Shown: positions 18,789 through 27,546 of the stretch, in pieces
How positions within the stretch are numbered: position 1 is the stretch's first letter
How the letters are laid out: each line of letters opens with the position of its first letter
NCBI GenBank assembly: GCA_015207155.1
Contig: JADEXK010000019.1
Location: 18,438 to 50,437 of the forward strand
Reading direction: 5' to 3'
Length of the DNA stretch: 32,000 nucleotides
Source of the DNA: Nostocales cyanobacterium LEGE 11386
Lineage (GTDB): Bacteria > Cyanobacteriota > Cyanobacteriia > Cyanobacteriales > Nostocaceae
Program-made: the position numbers and the translations under genes
The notes under the pieces: model-generated
What the model saw: only the letters and a program-made list of their open reading frames with translations
Told to the model about the DNA's origin: nothing
Database searches by the model: none

Positions 18789-20351
18789 ATGGATAGCTTC
18801 GATTATGTAATTTTGGGAGCTGGACTAGGTGGACTTTCAGCTGCTGCTTGCTTAACCAAACAAGGATACCGAGTTGCAGTTTTAGAAAAACATTACTTAC
18901 CAGGCGGCTGTTGCCATACCTTTGATTATGGTGAATACAGTTTTTGTGCTGATGTGCATTATATTTCTCAATGCGGCCCCGGTCAGACCATAGGGCAATT
19001 CCTCAACTATATTCAGCGAAATGTCCCTTTTAACAGCCTCGACCCAGACTGCATAGACCGAGTGATTACACCAGAAGCAGATTTTAAAATTCCCTTAAAT
19101 TGGGAAAATCTGCGATCGCGTTTACTCGCCACCTTTCCCGAAGAGACCGACGCCATCAACCGCTACTGTGATGAAATTCAGCAAATCCATCAGGAAATTT
19201 ATAGCCTAGTACGGGAAGTACGCTGGTTTGATCAGAAATGGTCTGACTGGTTGAAACTGCCTAAATACCTGAATTTGTTTCGCAAGCGCACTTGGACTTT
19301 GCAAGATTTATATAATCATGTGGGGTTATCGCCCAAATTGCAAGCAGTCTTAGCAGGGCAAAGTGGTGATTATGCACTACCACCAAATGAAATTGCCTTA
19401 CTTACACATACTTCTTTAGTTTGGGATTATTCAGAAGGCGCTTACTATCCTAAACATCATTTCAAACACTTTGTCAATACTATTGCTGAGGCAATTACTA
19501 CTGGTGGAGGCGTGATTAAATATTCAACTCCTGTTAGTCATATTCAAGTGAGTAACCACACTGTCCAAGGTGTAGTTGCAGGTGGTAATATCTATCACGC
19601 CAGCAAAGCTTATATCAGTGACCTTGACCCGAAATTAACAGTGCAGTTAATGCATGATGCTGAAGCCTTAAGTCATAGGGAGCGTCAACGGCTCACCAAT
19701 TATGAATACTCAGCTAGTGCATTTAACATTTACTTGGGTTTAGATAGCCGCTTTGAGCCACAGAATTACGGTATCGGTAACTGGAATATCTGGTACTATC
19801 CCACAGGCGATTTAAATAGAGAATATCAGCAACAATTGCAAGGTAACCTCAGCCAACCGTGGATTTTTCTATCTTGTCCAACAATGAAATCCAGGGAACC
19901 AGGAATGGGGCCAGAAGGACATCATGTCCTGGAAATTGCCACTGTTTGTCCTTATGAACCTTTTGCACATCTGCACAAAACTAACCTCAAGACTTATAAA
20001 GCTAAAAAACGGCAAATCTACCAGAAAATCATGAATAGTGTCCGAGATTTAATTCCCGATGTAGACAAGTACACCCGGATGAAGGTTTACGGCACACCCA
20101 CCACCAGCGAATTTTATTTAGGGCAACCGCAGGGTAATATTTACGGTGCGAAGTTAGTTCCTCAACAAGTAGGCCTAAATCGCCTGGGATACATGACAGA
20201 ATTGCCTAACCTCTTTTTTGTGGGGGCAACTGCTGGGTATCCCAGTGTACCAGGTGTAATTGGTAATGGTATGGATGTAGTGGAAATCATTACAGGGCAA
20301 TCGGTACGGCAAAACCTAGAAATGCCTAAGCCTTTAGTTGCAGTTGGATAA
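18789..20351 (+). CDS. Phytoene desaturase (CrtI)/amine-oxidase-family FAD-dependent oxidoreductase
   Basis: 520-aa ORF with an N-terminal Rossmann motif, DYVILGAGLGGLSAAACLTKQGYRVAVLEKHYLPGG. Length and C-terminal region are typical of the family. Confidence 0.85.
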   Translation: MDSFDYVILGAGLGGLSAAACLTKQGYRVAVLEKHYLPGGCCHTFDYGEYSFCADVHYISQCGPGQTIGQFLNYIQRNVPFNSLDPDCIDRVITPEADFKIPLNWENLRSRLLATFPEETDAINRYCDEIQQIHQEIYSLVREVRWFDQKWSDWLKLPKYLNLFRKRTWTLQDLYNHVGLSPKLQAVLAGQSGDYALPPNEIALLTHTSLVWDYSEGAYYPKHHFKHFVNTIAEAITTGGGVIKYSTPVSHIQVSNHTVQGVVAGGNIYHASKAYISDLDPKLTVQLMHDAEALSHRERQRLTNYEYSASAFNIYLGLDSRFEPQNYGIGNWNIWYYPTGDLNREYQQQLQGNLSQPWIFLSCPTMKSREPGMGPEGHHVLEIATVCPYEPFAHLHKTNLKTYKAKKRQIYQKIMNSVRDLIPDVDKYTRMKVYGTPTTSEFYLGQPQGNIYGAKLVPQQVGLNRLGYMTELPNLFFVGATAGYPSVPGVIGNGMDVVEIITGQSVRQNLEMPKPLVAVG

Positions 20352-20368
20352 GCATTTACGCCCAGTAA

Positions 20369-20505
20369 AGAGTGCTGAGTTGAAAGTGCTGAGTGCTGAG
20401 TTAAGAAACCGCCCGCACTTCGGCAAGGCTCGGCGACCACCAGGGGCGGGGCATTTACCGAGTGCGAAAGTGTTTCCTTCCTCTTGTTATTACTCAGCAC
20501 TCAGT
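20369..20505. repeat. Structured repeat element bounded by inverted TGCTGAG/CTCAGCA heptamer runs
   Basis: The left arm is GAGTGCTGAGTTGAAAGTGCTGAGTGCTGAG (20370-20400). The right arm is ACTCAGCACTCAG (20492-20504). The interior has nested inverted repeats, CCGCCC...GGGCGG and GCACTTCGG...CCGAGTGC. Confidence 0.6.
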
Positions 20506-20553
20506 AGGGTAAATCCCGCCAACAGGATCAATAATTACTGTTGACGGGAAGCA

Positions 20554-20787
20554 TCACAGTTCTAAATCCTCTGTTTCTTCTGTTTCCAAGTTATAGGTAT
20601 CCATGATCTCTTCCACTTCTTCTTCCACATCCTCATCTTCGTAATAGCTTTGATCAATAGATACATAGGACACTAATCGGCCAGTACTTGCCAACCAATC
20701 GAGTAAGGATTCCTCTTGCTTGAGAGGAATTACAGGTGTTGGTTGGTGACGGGGTTCTTCTCGGAGAGCAGGAGATAGCTTAATCAT
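20554..20787 (-). CDS. Small acidic conserved cyanobacterial protein, possibly DUF3134
   Basis: 77-aa ORF, ALREEPRHQPTPVIPLKQEESLLDWLASTGRL, followed by a poly-acidic tail. The family name comes from memory only. Confidence 0.6.
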   Translation of the reverse strand: MIKLSPALREEPRHQPTPVIPLKQEESLLDWLASTGRLVSYVSIDQSYYEDEDVEEEVEEIMDTYNLETEETEDLEL

Positions 20788-20816
20788 GATTTTTTACCCC
20801 CGAAGACTCTTAATTA

Positions 20817-21015
20817 ACGTGAATTCGACAACTATCAAAAACCCCTCTCCAAACCTCTCCCCTGTCAGGAGGAGCCACTGCGTTGCGCGGGTTCCCCGCG
20901 TTGTAGCACGTGGCGTTAGAGGCTTTGAAACCTTGATTTTTAGTTCAAAACTAGGGAGATTTTTGCCCCTCTCCGACACGGAGAGGGGTTGGGGTGAGGT
21001 TCATCGAACTCACGT
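20817..21015. mobile_element. MITE copy B (199 bp)
   Basis: Terminal inverted repeats are ACGTGAATTCGA (20817-20828) and TCGAACTCACGT (21004-21015). A 7-bp direct repeat TTAATTA flanks the element at 20810-20816 and 21016-21022. The backbone matches copy A (6039-6358). It also carries a ~47-bp internal GC-rich palindromic insert, GAGCCACTGCGTTGCGCGGGTTCCCCGCGTTGTAGCACGTGGCGTTA. Confidence 0.85.
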
Positions 21016-21174
21016 TTAATTAACAGTGTGAACTGTGTATTTTGAAAAGCTTCTTTCTTATGGGTGATATTTTTGTATATCTGGAGAAGCAATTCTCATA
21101 GAAGATAAACAGAAGTCACTGCCGAGTATTGAAGTGATAATATATTGTTGTCGGCGCTCTAATCCCCGCTCTAG

Positions 21175-21663
21175 ATGAACAAAGCATTGGATGAAACGCT
21201 TTCAATTGAAATTGCCCAAAGCATCACAAGCAAAGCTAATAAGCCATTTGATAATGCTTACAGAGCAGTATTAGCAACAGAGAAAGCCAATTATGTCCAG
21301 GGGTTTTTAGCTGTTGCTGAGAAGCCATATCAACCAATTGAACATGGTTGGATGGAATTAAGGGATGGCTCAGGTCAGGATTGTGTTGTACGTATTGTTG
21401 ATCCTACCCTGCCACACCTACACAAAAGTTCCCAAGAACTTTGGTACTTTGCGGCACAAAGCTTAAATATTAAGCAACTGAAAGCGATAATTGCAGAATC
21501 ACAAGAAGATTATCCAGAAGACGATCCACTACCAATATATGGTGATGCGCCTTATGAATATTACGGTGATGTGATGTTGGGTGGTAAGGAATACTTAGAA
21601 GCTTATCAAGCAGCAGAGGCTAAGTGTAAAGAACTCCGAATATCCCACGCCAAAAATTACTAA
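21175..21663 (+). CDS. Hypothetical protein
   Basis: 162-aa ORF with coding-like composition. I recognised no motif. Confidence 0.6.
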   Translation: MNKALDETLSIEIAQSITSKANKPFDNAYRAVLATEKANYVQGFLAVAEKPYQPIEHGWMELRDGSGQDCVVRIVDPTLPHLHKSSQELWYFAAQSLNIKQLKAIIAESQEDYPEDDPLPIYGDAPYEYYGDVMLGGKEYLEAYQAAEAKCKELRISHAKNY

Positions 21664-21693
21664 CAAAGTCCCCTGTCCCCTATCCCCTTCATA

Positions 21694-22374
21694 ATGAGCC
21701 AGACTGCGTTAAATTTAGTTGCAATCTCTATATTTCTCATGACTTTATCGGTGCTGCTGGGGCCATTAATTCATTTGTCCCCGACAGTACCAGCAATTGC
21801 TACTTTCACTATTTTGGGAATAGCTACTTTCGATAATTTCAGCTTGCAAGGCAAGGGCGGTGCTATTTTTGTAGATTGGATTGCTGGTTTTTCTCCTGAA
21901 CACCGCGATCGCATTATCCACCATGAAGCCGGACACTTTCTCGTTGCACACTTGCTGGATATTCCTGTGACTGGCTATACTCTCAGTGCTTGGGAAGCTT
22001 GGAAACAGGGGCAACCAGGACAAGGTGGTGTTACCTTTGATGATGCTGAATTAGCATCTCAACTAGAAAGAGGAACAATCAGCGCCCAAATTCTAGACCG
22101 CTATTGCACAATTTGGATGGCGGGTATTGTTGCCGAAACTCTTGTTTTTAATCGTGCTGAAGGTGGGGCTGATGATCAAAGCAAGCTTGCAGGAGTTCTA
22201 GCAAGTTTGGGCTTTTCAAAATCAGCTTGTCAGCAAAAACAACGGTTTCATATTCTCCAAGCAAAAACTCTACTGCAAGAAAATTGGTCTAGTTACGAAG
22301 CTTTAGTCCAATCGATGCAACAACGCGCCTCTGTTGCAGATTGTCAAGGTGTTATTAGTCAGTCTGCTTCTTAA
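21694..22374 (+). CDS. Membrane protein with a HEXXH zinc-metalloprotease motif (FtsH peptidase-domain-like)
   Basis: 226-aa ORF with two N-terminal hydrophobic helices and then IIHHEAGHFLVAH (HEXXH). Confidence 0.75.
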   Translation: MSQTALNLVAISIFLMTLSVLLGPLIHLSPTVPAIATFTILGIATFDNFSLQGKGGAIFVDWIAGFSPEHRDRIIHHEAGHFLVAHLLDIPVTGYTLSAWEAWKQGQPGQGGVTFDDAELASQLERGTISAQILDRYCTIWMAGIVAETLVFNRAEGGADDQSKLAGVLASLGFSKSACQQKQRFHILQAKTLLQENWSSYEALVQSMQQRASVADCQGVISQSAS

Positions 22375-22398
22375 ACTCACTAAGGGACTAGTATTTTT

Positions 22399-22509
22399 CA
22401 CTCAGCACTCAGCACTCAGCACTTAGAAAAACACTCAGCACTCAGCACTCAGCACTCAGCACTCAGCACTCAGCACTTAGAAAAGCACTCAGCACTTAGA
22501 AAAGCACTC
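22399..22509. repeat. Heptameric tandem repeat array (STRR-like), unit CTCAGCA
   Basis: The array is (CTCAGCA)x3, CTTAGAAAAACA, (CTCAGCA)x6, CTTAGAAAAGCA, CTCAGCA, CTTAGAAAAGCACTC. It fills the gap between the convergent genes ending at 22374 and 22511. Confidence 0.9.
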
Positions 22510-22510
22510 T

Positions 22511-23536
22511 TTAAGATGAAACTGCTCTAAGATGCGAAACTGAAGGGAAATAGTCACGCCCAACAGATCGATTACGTCCAGTAGCTTTAGCCTGTAACAA
22601 GTATTGGTCAGCACGATGGAGTAAGTTAAAGCCATTATCATCATCTTGTTCTTGCAGACACGCAGCACCTAAGCTAATCGTGATGTTAATAGTTAGTTTA
22701 CTGTTGATTGTAAACGGTTCCTCGCTGACTACACGGTTGAGACGCTCTGCCACTAGCAAGGCTTCCTCGCCATTGGTGTTAGCTAAAATCACCACAAATT
22801 CCTCTCCACCATAACGGAATGGAGTATCTTGAAACCGCAGATTATGCCGCAGACGGCTACATAGTAATTGCAAGAGGCGATCGCCAACTAAATGACCGTA
22901 GGTATCGTTAACTTGCTTGAAATAATCTACATCTAAAATAATTAAACTCAAGGCAGTTCCTTGAGTCCGTGCTTTTTTAATTTGTCTGGGTAATTCCCAT
23001 TCCAAAGCCCGGCGATTATTCATATCTGTCAACGAATCAGCTAAGGCGATCGCTGATAATACATCATTTGTCCGCAGTAAATCGCGGTATTTTTGTGCTT
23101 TTCGTATCCCGACTGTCAATTGGGCTAGTAATAGACCGTGATTTGCCATCATGCTTGTAAAACTTCGGTCTGTTTTTGCCTCAGGAAGCTGCCAAATATA
23201 AGCGTCAGATCCTTGCCTGAGTGCATTGGCAGTCATTTCTAATTCCCACTCCCAGCCATGCTGATTTCTCGCTGCTAGCTGTTGGGGACGATCTTCCAAA
23301 AGAATACAGTATATCCAGGATAGCTGGGTCTGGTCTTTGAGCCAACGACACAGTTCCATACTGCCATCCAAACTAGCCTGCACAAGTATTACATCTGGCG
23401 GTGTAATTTGCATGTGCGACACTGCCTGATTGACATCCATGATAACTTCTATACTAAAAGCGGTTGCGTCAAGGATCTGATCGGGAAGTGTGGCGAGAAA
23501 GTTCTTACTTCCAAAGACCAGAATAGAAATTTTCAT
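22511..23536 (-). CDS. Diguanylate cyclase with an N-terminal pseudo-receiver domain
   Basis: 341-aa ORF. The GGDEF domain has an active-site GGEEF and an RxxD I-site at canonical spacing (RFQDTPFRYGGEEF). In the N-terminal REC-like fold the phospho-acceptor position reads Q (PDVILVQASLDG) and the acidic pair is missing (ILVFGSKNF). Confidence 0.9.
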   Translation of the reverse strand: MKISILVFGSKNFLATLPDQILDATAFSIEVIMDVNQAVSHMQITPPDVILVQASLDGSMELCRWLKDQTQLSWIYCILLEDRPQQLAARNQHGWEWELEMTANALRQGSDAYIWQLPEAKTDRSFTSMMANHGLLLAQLTVGIRKAQKYRDLLRTNDVLSAIALADSLTDMNNRRALEWELPRQIKKARTQGTALSLIILDVDYFKQVNDTYGHLVGDRLLQLLCSRLRHNLRFQDTPFRYGGEEFVVILANTNGEEALLVAERLNRVVSEEPFTINSKLTINITISLGAACLQEQDDDNGFNLLHRADQYLLQAKATGRNRSVGRDYFPSVSHLRAVSS

Positions 23537-24215
23537 TGCTGTGCTTTCTGCCCTATTTCAAGCTAAAACTTGCTGCTTTTTCCGAGTATTAAATATATCG
23601 GTATTTCTGACACAGGGTTATTACCCTATATTTGATATTATCAGCGCTAAATATATCACTGTCTGCAAATTTTAATCTCCTCTTAATACCTAGGTTTTAT
23701 TAAACTTGAGTAACTTAAAGTTCTCATAATTACTGTCTGCCTTTTCATATTTTTTTTAAAACAGTAAAAATACGGAATATTTTTCCTGCTCTTAAAAGTC
23801 TTACTGTGATTTACAGATATGAGTTATTTTCGAGCATTGCCTAAGCAGAATATTTGTATTTACATGAACTTTAAAAAGGCAAAACTTTTACTTCTGTATA
23901 ATGTTGAAAAAAATATAAAATTTTATTTTTATCCGTAAAAACCGAGGTGTCTAATGAATATAAAAAATGTTATATACCTTACATAGCAGAGCATTTTTCC
24001 TTGGGGGAAGATGCTTTTTCGGTATTTAGCAGTAGCATCAGGCAGTTTAAGCAAGTGTTAGGCAATTAGACCTGCATCTGACTGTGGTAGCTTTTGGTTA
24101 TGTATTTAATTAGCTCTATATTTTTAAATGTTTCATAAACTAACTGATGAAAATGCATAAATAATCAATATGAACTTGATTGAAATTTACTATAAAATAG
24201 TTCAATAATTTACAA

Positions 24216-24238
24216 TTCCGCCCATTGAATGGGCGGAA
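24216..24238 (-). terminator. Perfect 10-bp hairpin downstream of the metallochaperone gene
   Basis: TTCCGCCCAT (24216-24225), loop TGA, ATGGGCGGAA (24229-24238). On the minus strand it is followed by TTGTAAATTATTG. Confidence 0.55.
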
Positions 24239-24308
24239 ATATCAAAATTAAATTGTTTTGATATAGCTAGTTCTATATCTAACTAATTTTGCAGAAATCA
24301 GGCTATAA

Positions 24309-24509
24309 TCAATAGCCTTCTATTTTGTACCCAGCAGCAACAATTACCTGTTTGATAGATTCCTCAGAAGCCGAAGATTCCACAGTAACTGTTTTATCTG
24401 GAACATCCACATCCACCAGCGCATGAGGTTCCATGACATGGATAGATTCAGTAATTTTTGCTGCACAATCTTCACAGGCCATATCTGGAACTTTTAATTT
24501 TAGTGCCAT
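24309..24509 (-). CDS. Heavy-metal-associated (HMA) domain metallochaperone, Atx1/CopZ-like
   Basis: 66-aa ORF with the metal-binding loop PDMACEDCAAKI (MxCxxC). Size and ferredoxin-like pattern resemble cyanobacterial Atx1. Confidence 0.85.
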   Translation of the reverse strand: MALKLKVPDMACEDCAAKITESIHVMEPHALVDVDVPDKTVTVESSASEESIKQVIVAAGYKIEGY

Positions 24510-24837
24510 TACTTACCTCAGTATATGAGTTTTATTTTTGCAAATTATTCCCATATTATTGATGCAGAGTGCGATCGCACATCTTACTAGAGTGAGGTAA
24601 TTGGGGAATTCACAGATAGAGAATTACACAATCACTGCATATAACTGCCTACGGGCAAAAAATGCTGGCAGCAAACTGAAACAAAATGCAAAAATATAGA
24701 TATAAAGCTACTTATGGAAATACACCTAGTAGATAACTGTCCCAGCAGCAACTCACTTACGGCATACTTTGTCTGTAAAAGAGACAAACTATCTTCTGCG
24801 GACGTTCCCTAATTTATTAATCCTACTTTTTCCACCC

Positions 24838-27480
24838 ATGCCTGATAATCCCCAGAAACTTAGCGGTAACGAAATTCGCAACTCATTCCTTAACTTCTTT
24901 GCCCAGCGAGGACACCAAATTCTCCCCAGTGCTTCCGTTGTGTCAGAAGACCCGACCTTGTTGCTGACGGTCGCGGGGATGGTACCATTTAAGCCGATAT
25001 TCCTGGGACAGCGCACACCAGAATTCAATCGGGCTACCACTTCTCAAAAGTGCATCCGTACCAACGACATCGAAAACGTGGGACGCACCAAACGCCATCA
25101 CACGTTTTTTGAGATGTTGGGTAATTTTAGCTTTGGTGATTATTTTAAAGAACAAGCGATCGCTTGGGGTTGGGAAATCTCCACCAAAGTCTTCGGCTTA
25201 TCTCCAGAACGTCTGGTAGTCAGCGTCTTTGAAGAAGATGATGAAGCTTATAATATTTGGCGCGATCAAATTGGCGTACCAGCAGCCAGAATTAAGCGCA
25301 TGGGTGCAGATGATAACTTTTGGACAATGGCTGCTACTGGGCCTTGTGGCCCTTGTTCGGAAATTTATTATGACTTCTACCCGGAACGCGGTGATGAAAA
25401 TATCGATTTAGAAGACGATACCCGATTTATCGAATTTTATAACCTCGTCTTCATGCAATATAACCGGGATGCATCAGGTAATTTAACACCTCTGCAAAAT
25501 AAGAATATCGATACTGGCATGGGTTTGGAACGGATGGCGCAAATCCTCCAACAAGTATCGAATAACTATGAAACTGATTTAATTTTCCCGATTATCCAGA
25601 CAACAGCCCAAATTGCGGGGATTGATTACCACAGCAGCGATGAGAAAACTAAAGTCTCACTGAAAGTTATTGGTGATCATGTGCGTTCCGTTGTCCACAT
25701 GATTGCCGATGAAATTCGCGCCTCCAATGTGGGGCGGGGTTATGTGTTGCGGCGCTTAATTCGGCGGGTAGTGCGTCATGGGCGATTAATTGGCATTGCT
25801 GGCGAATTTATTAACCAAGTTGCCGAAACTGCGATCGCGCTTTCTGAATCAGCTTACCCCAATGTGCGCCAACGAGAAGCAGCTATTAAAGCTGAACTGC
25901 AACGAGAAGAAACCAACTTCCTGAAAACTCTAGATAGGGGTGAGAAACTTTTAGCAGAAGTCATCCAAGAGGTAAAACAGCAAAATCAAACCCAAATTAG
26001 CGGTGAAAGTGCCTTTACTTTATACGATACCTTCGGTTTCCCGTTAGAACTCACCCAAGAAATCGCGGAAGAAAATCACCTCACAGTTGATGAAGCGGGA
26101 TTTGATGCCGAAATGCAAAAACAGGTGGAACGTGCCAAAGCCGCCCACGAAACCATCGATTTAACTGTACAAGGTTCCCTCGACAAGTTAGCCGAACACA
26201 TCCACGCCACCGAATTCTTAGGTTATACCCAAGCTGCGGCGACAGCAAACGTTGAAGCCATATTAATAGATGGCATTGCCCAAGAAGCAGCAGAAGCCGG
26301 GACAGAAGTGCAAATTGTCCTGAATCAAACCCCATTTTATGCAGAATCTGGGGGACAAATAGGCGATCACGGTTATATCTCCGGTGATGGTGTGTTGGTG
26401 CGCGTGGAAGATGTGAAAAGAGAATCTGATTTCTTTGTCCACTTTGGACGCATCGAACGCGGTACAATCCGAGTAGGAGATGCTGTGACTGCTCAAATAG
26501 ATCGGGCTTGTCGTCGTCGCGCTCAAGCTAATCATACTGCAACGCATCTATTACAAGCAGCGTTAAAGAAAATTGTCGATGATGGTATATCTCAAGCCGG
26601 TTCCCTGGTTTCCTTTGATAGATTGCGCTTTGACTTCAACTGTCCCCGTGCATTGACACCAGAAGAAGTCCAGCAAGTTGAGGAACAGGTGAATACTTGG
26701 ATTGCCGAAGCCCATACGGCGAACGTAGAAGTATTACCTTTAGCAGAAGCCAAGGCTAGAGGTGCAGTTGCCATGTTCGGAGAAAAATACGGCGAAGAAG
26801 TCCGCGTGATTGACTTTCCTAGCGTATCAATGGAACTGTGCGGTGGAACTCATGTCAATAATACTGCGGAGATTGGCATATTTAAAATTATCTCTGAAGC
26901 TGGTGTAGCGTCTGGGGTACGACGCATTGAGGCTGTGTCTGGCCCAGCAATCTTGGATTATCTCAATGTTCGGGATAAGGTAGTCAAAGATTTAAGCGAT
27001 CGCTTTAAAGTTAAACCCGAAGAATTACCAGAGAGAATTACCACGCTGCAAACTGAACTGAGAAATAGTGAGAAAGAATTAGCCAGTTTGAAATCACAAT
27101 TGGCGATCGCTAAATCTGACAGCTTGCTGCAAACAGTAGAATCTGTAGGCGATTATCAAATTTTGGTAGCGCAAATGGAAGATGTTGACCCGGAATCTTT
27201 GAAAACTGCTGCTGAAAGGTTACTGCAAAAAATCGGTAACGGTGCAGTGGTTCTGGGTTCGGTTCCAGAAGAGGGGAAGGTAAGTATAGTTGCAGCCTTC
27301 AGTACAGAGGTGAATAAAAAGGGACTGCAAGCCGGTAAATTTGTCGGTGCTATTGCGAAGATTTGCGGCGGTGGCGGCGGTGGTAGACCGAATTTAGCCC
27401 AAGCCGGCGGACGTGATGCGAGTAAGTTACCGGAGGCGTTAGCCAAGGCGCAGAGTGATTTGCGATCGGCCTTGAGTTAA
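24838..27480 (+). CDS. alaS: Alanine--tRNA ligase
   Basis: The class II core reads HTFFEMLGNFSFGDYFK, the editing-domain HxxxH is HTATHLL, and the C-terminal DHHA1-type tail is GGGGGGRPNLAQAGG. The track ORF starts at TTG 24769. ATG 24838 (MPDNPQKLSGNEIRNSFLNFF) gives the canonical ~880-aa protein. Confidence 0.97.
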   Translation: MPDNPQKLSGNEIRNSFLNFFAQRGHQILPSASVVSEDPTLLLTVAGMVPFKPIFLGQRTPEFNRATTSQKCIRTNDIENVGRTKRHHTFFEMLGNFSFGDYFKEQAIAWGWEISTKVFGLSPERLVVSVFEEDDEAYNIWRDQIGVPAARIKRMGADDNFWTMAATGPCGPCSEIYYDFYPERGDENIDLEDDTRFIEFYNLVFMQYNRDASGNLTPLQNKNIDTGMGLERMAQILQQVSNNYETDLIFPIIQTTAQIAGIDYHSSDEKTKVSLKVIGDHVRSVVHMIADEIRASNVGRGYVLRRLIRRVVRHGRLIGIAGEFINQVAETAIALSESAYPNVRQREAAIKAELQREETNFLKTLDRGEKLLAEVIQEVKQQNQTQISGESAFTLYDTFGFPLELTQEIAEENHLTVDEAGFDAEMQKQVERAKAAHETIDLTVQGSLDKLAEHIHATEFLGYTQAAATANVEAILIDGIAQEAAEAGTEVQIVLNQTPFYAESGGQIGDHGYISGDGVLVRVEDVKRESDFFVHFGRIERGTIRVGDAVTAQIDRACRRRAQANHTATHLLQAALKKIVDDGISQAGSLVSFDRLRFDFNCPRALTPEEVQQVEEQVNTWIAEAHTANVEVLPLAEAKARGAVAMFGEKYGEEVRVIDFPSVSMELCGGTHVNNTAEIGIFKIISEAGVASGVRRIEAVSGPAILDYLNVRDKVVKDLSDRFKVKPEELPERITTLQTELRNSEKELASLKSQLAIAKSDSLLQTVESVGDYQILVAQMEDVDPESLKTAAERLLQKIGNGAVVLGSVPEEGKVSIVAAFSTEVNKKGLQAGKFVGAIAKICGGGGGGRPNLAQAGGRDASKLPEALAKAQSDLRSALS

Positions 27481-27496
27481 TTGTCTTCTCTTGTAG

Positions 27497-27520
27497 GGCG
27501 GGCATCTTGCCTGCCTTAAT
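27497..27520 (+). terminator. Possible alaS terminator hairpin
   Basis: GGCGGGCA (27497-27504), loop TCT, TGCCTGCC (27508-27515, one G-T pair), then the A/T-rich TTAATCATAAATT. It forms part of a dispersed repeat half-site. Confidence 0.4.
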
Positions 27521-27546
27521 CATAAATTCAGTTACACAATACTTTT

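Noticed and set aside
20162-20544. ORFs at 20162-20500 (minus) and 20338-20544 (plus)
   Set aside because: Both run through the heptamer-bounded repeat element and overlap the end of the CrtI-family gene. They are repeat-generated frames.
22399-22509. Possible CRISPR array
   Set aside because: The repeat unit is only 7 nt with no unique spacers, and there are no cas genes. It is an STRR-like microsatellite.
24769-24837. TTG-initiated 23-codon N-terminal extension of alaS
   Set aside because: The extension (MSVKETNYLLRTFPNLLILLFPP) is not AlaRS-like. ATG 24838 gives the conserved MPDN..LSGNEIR N-terminus and the normal length.
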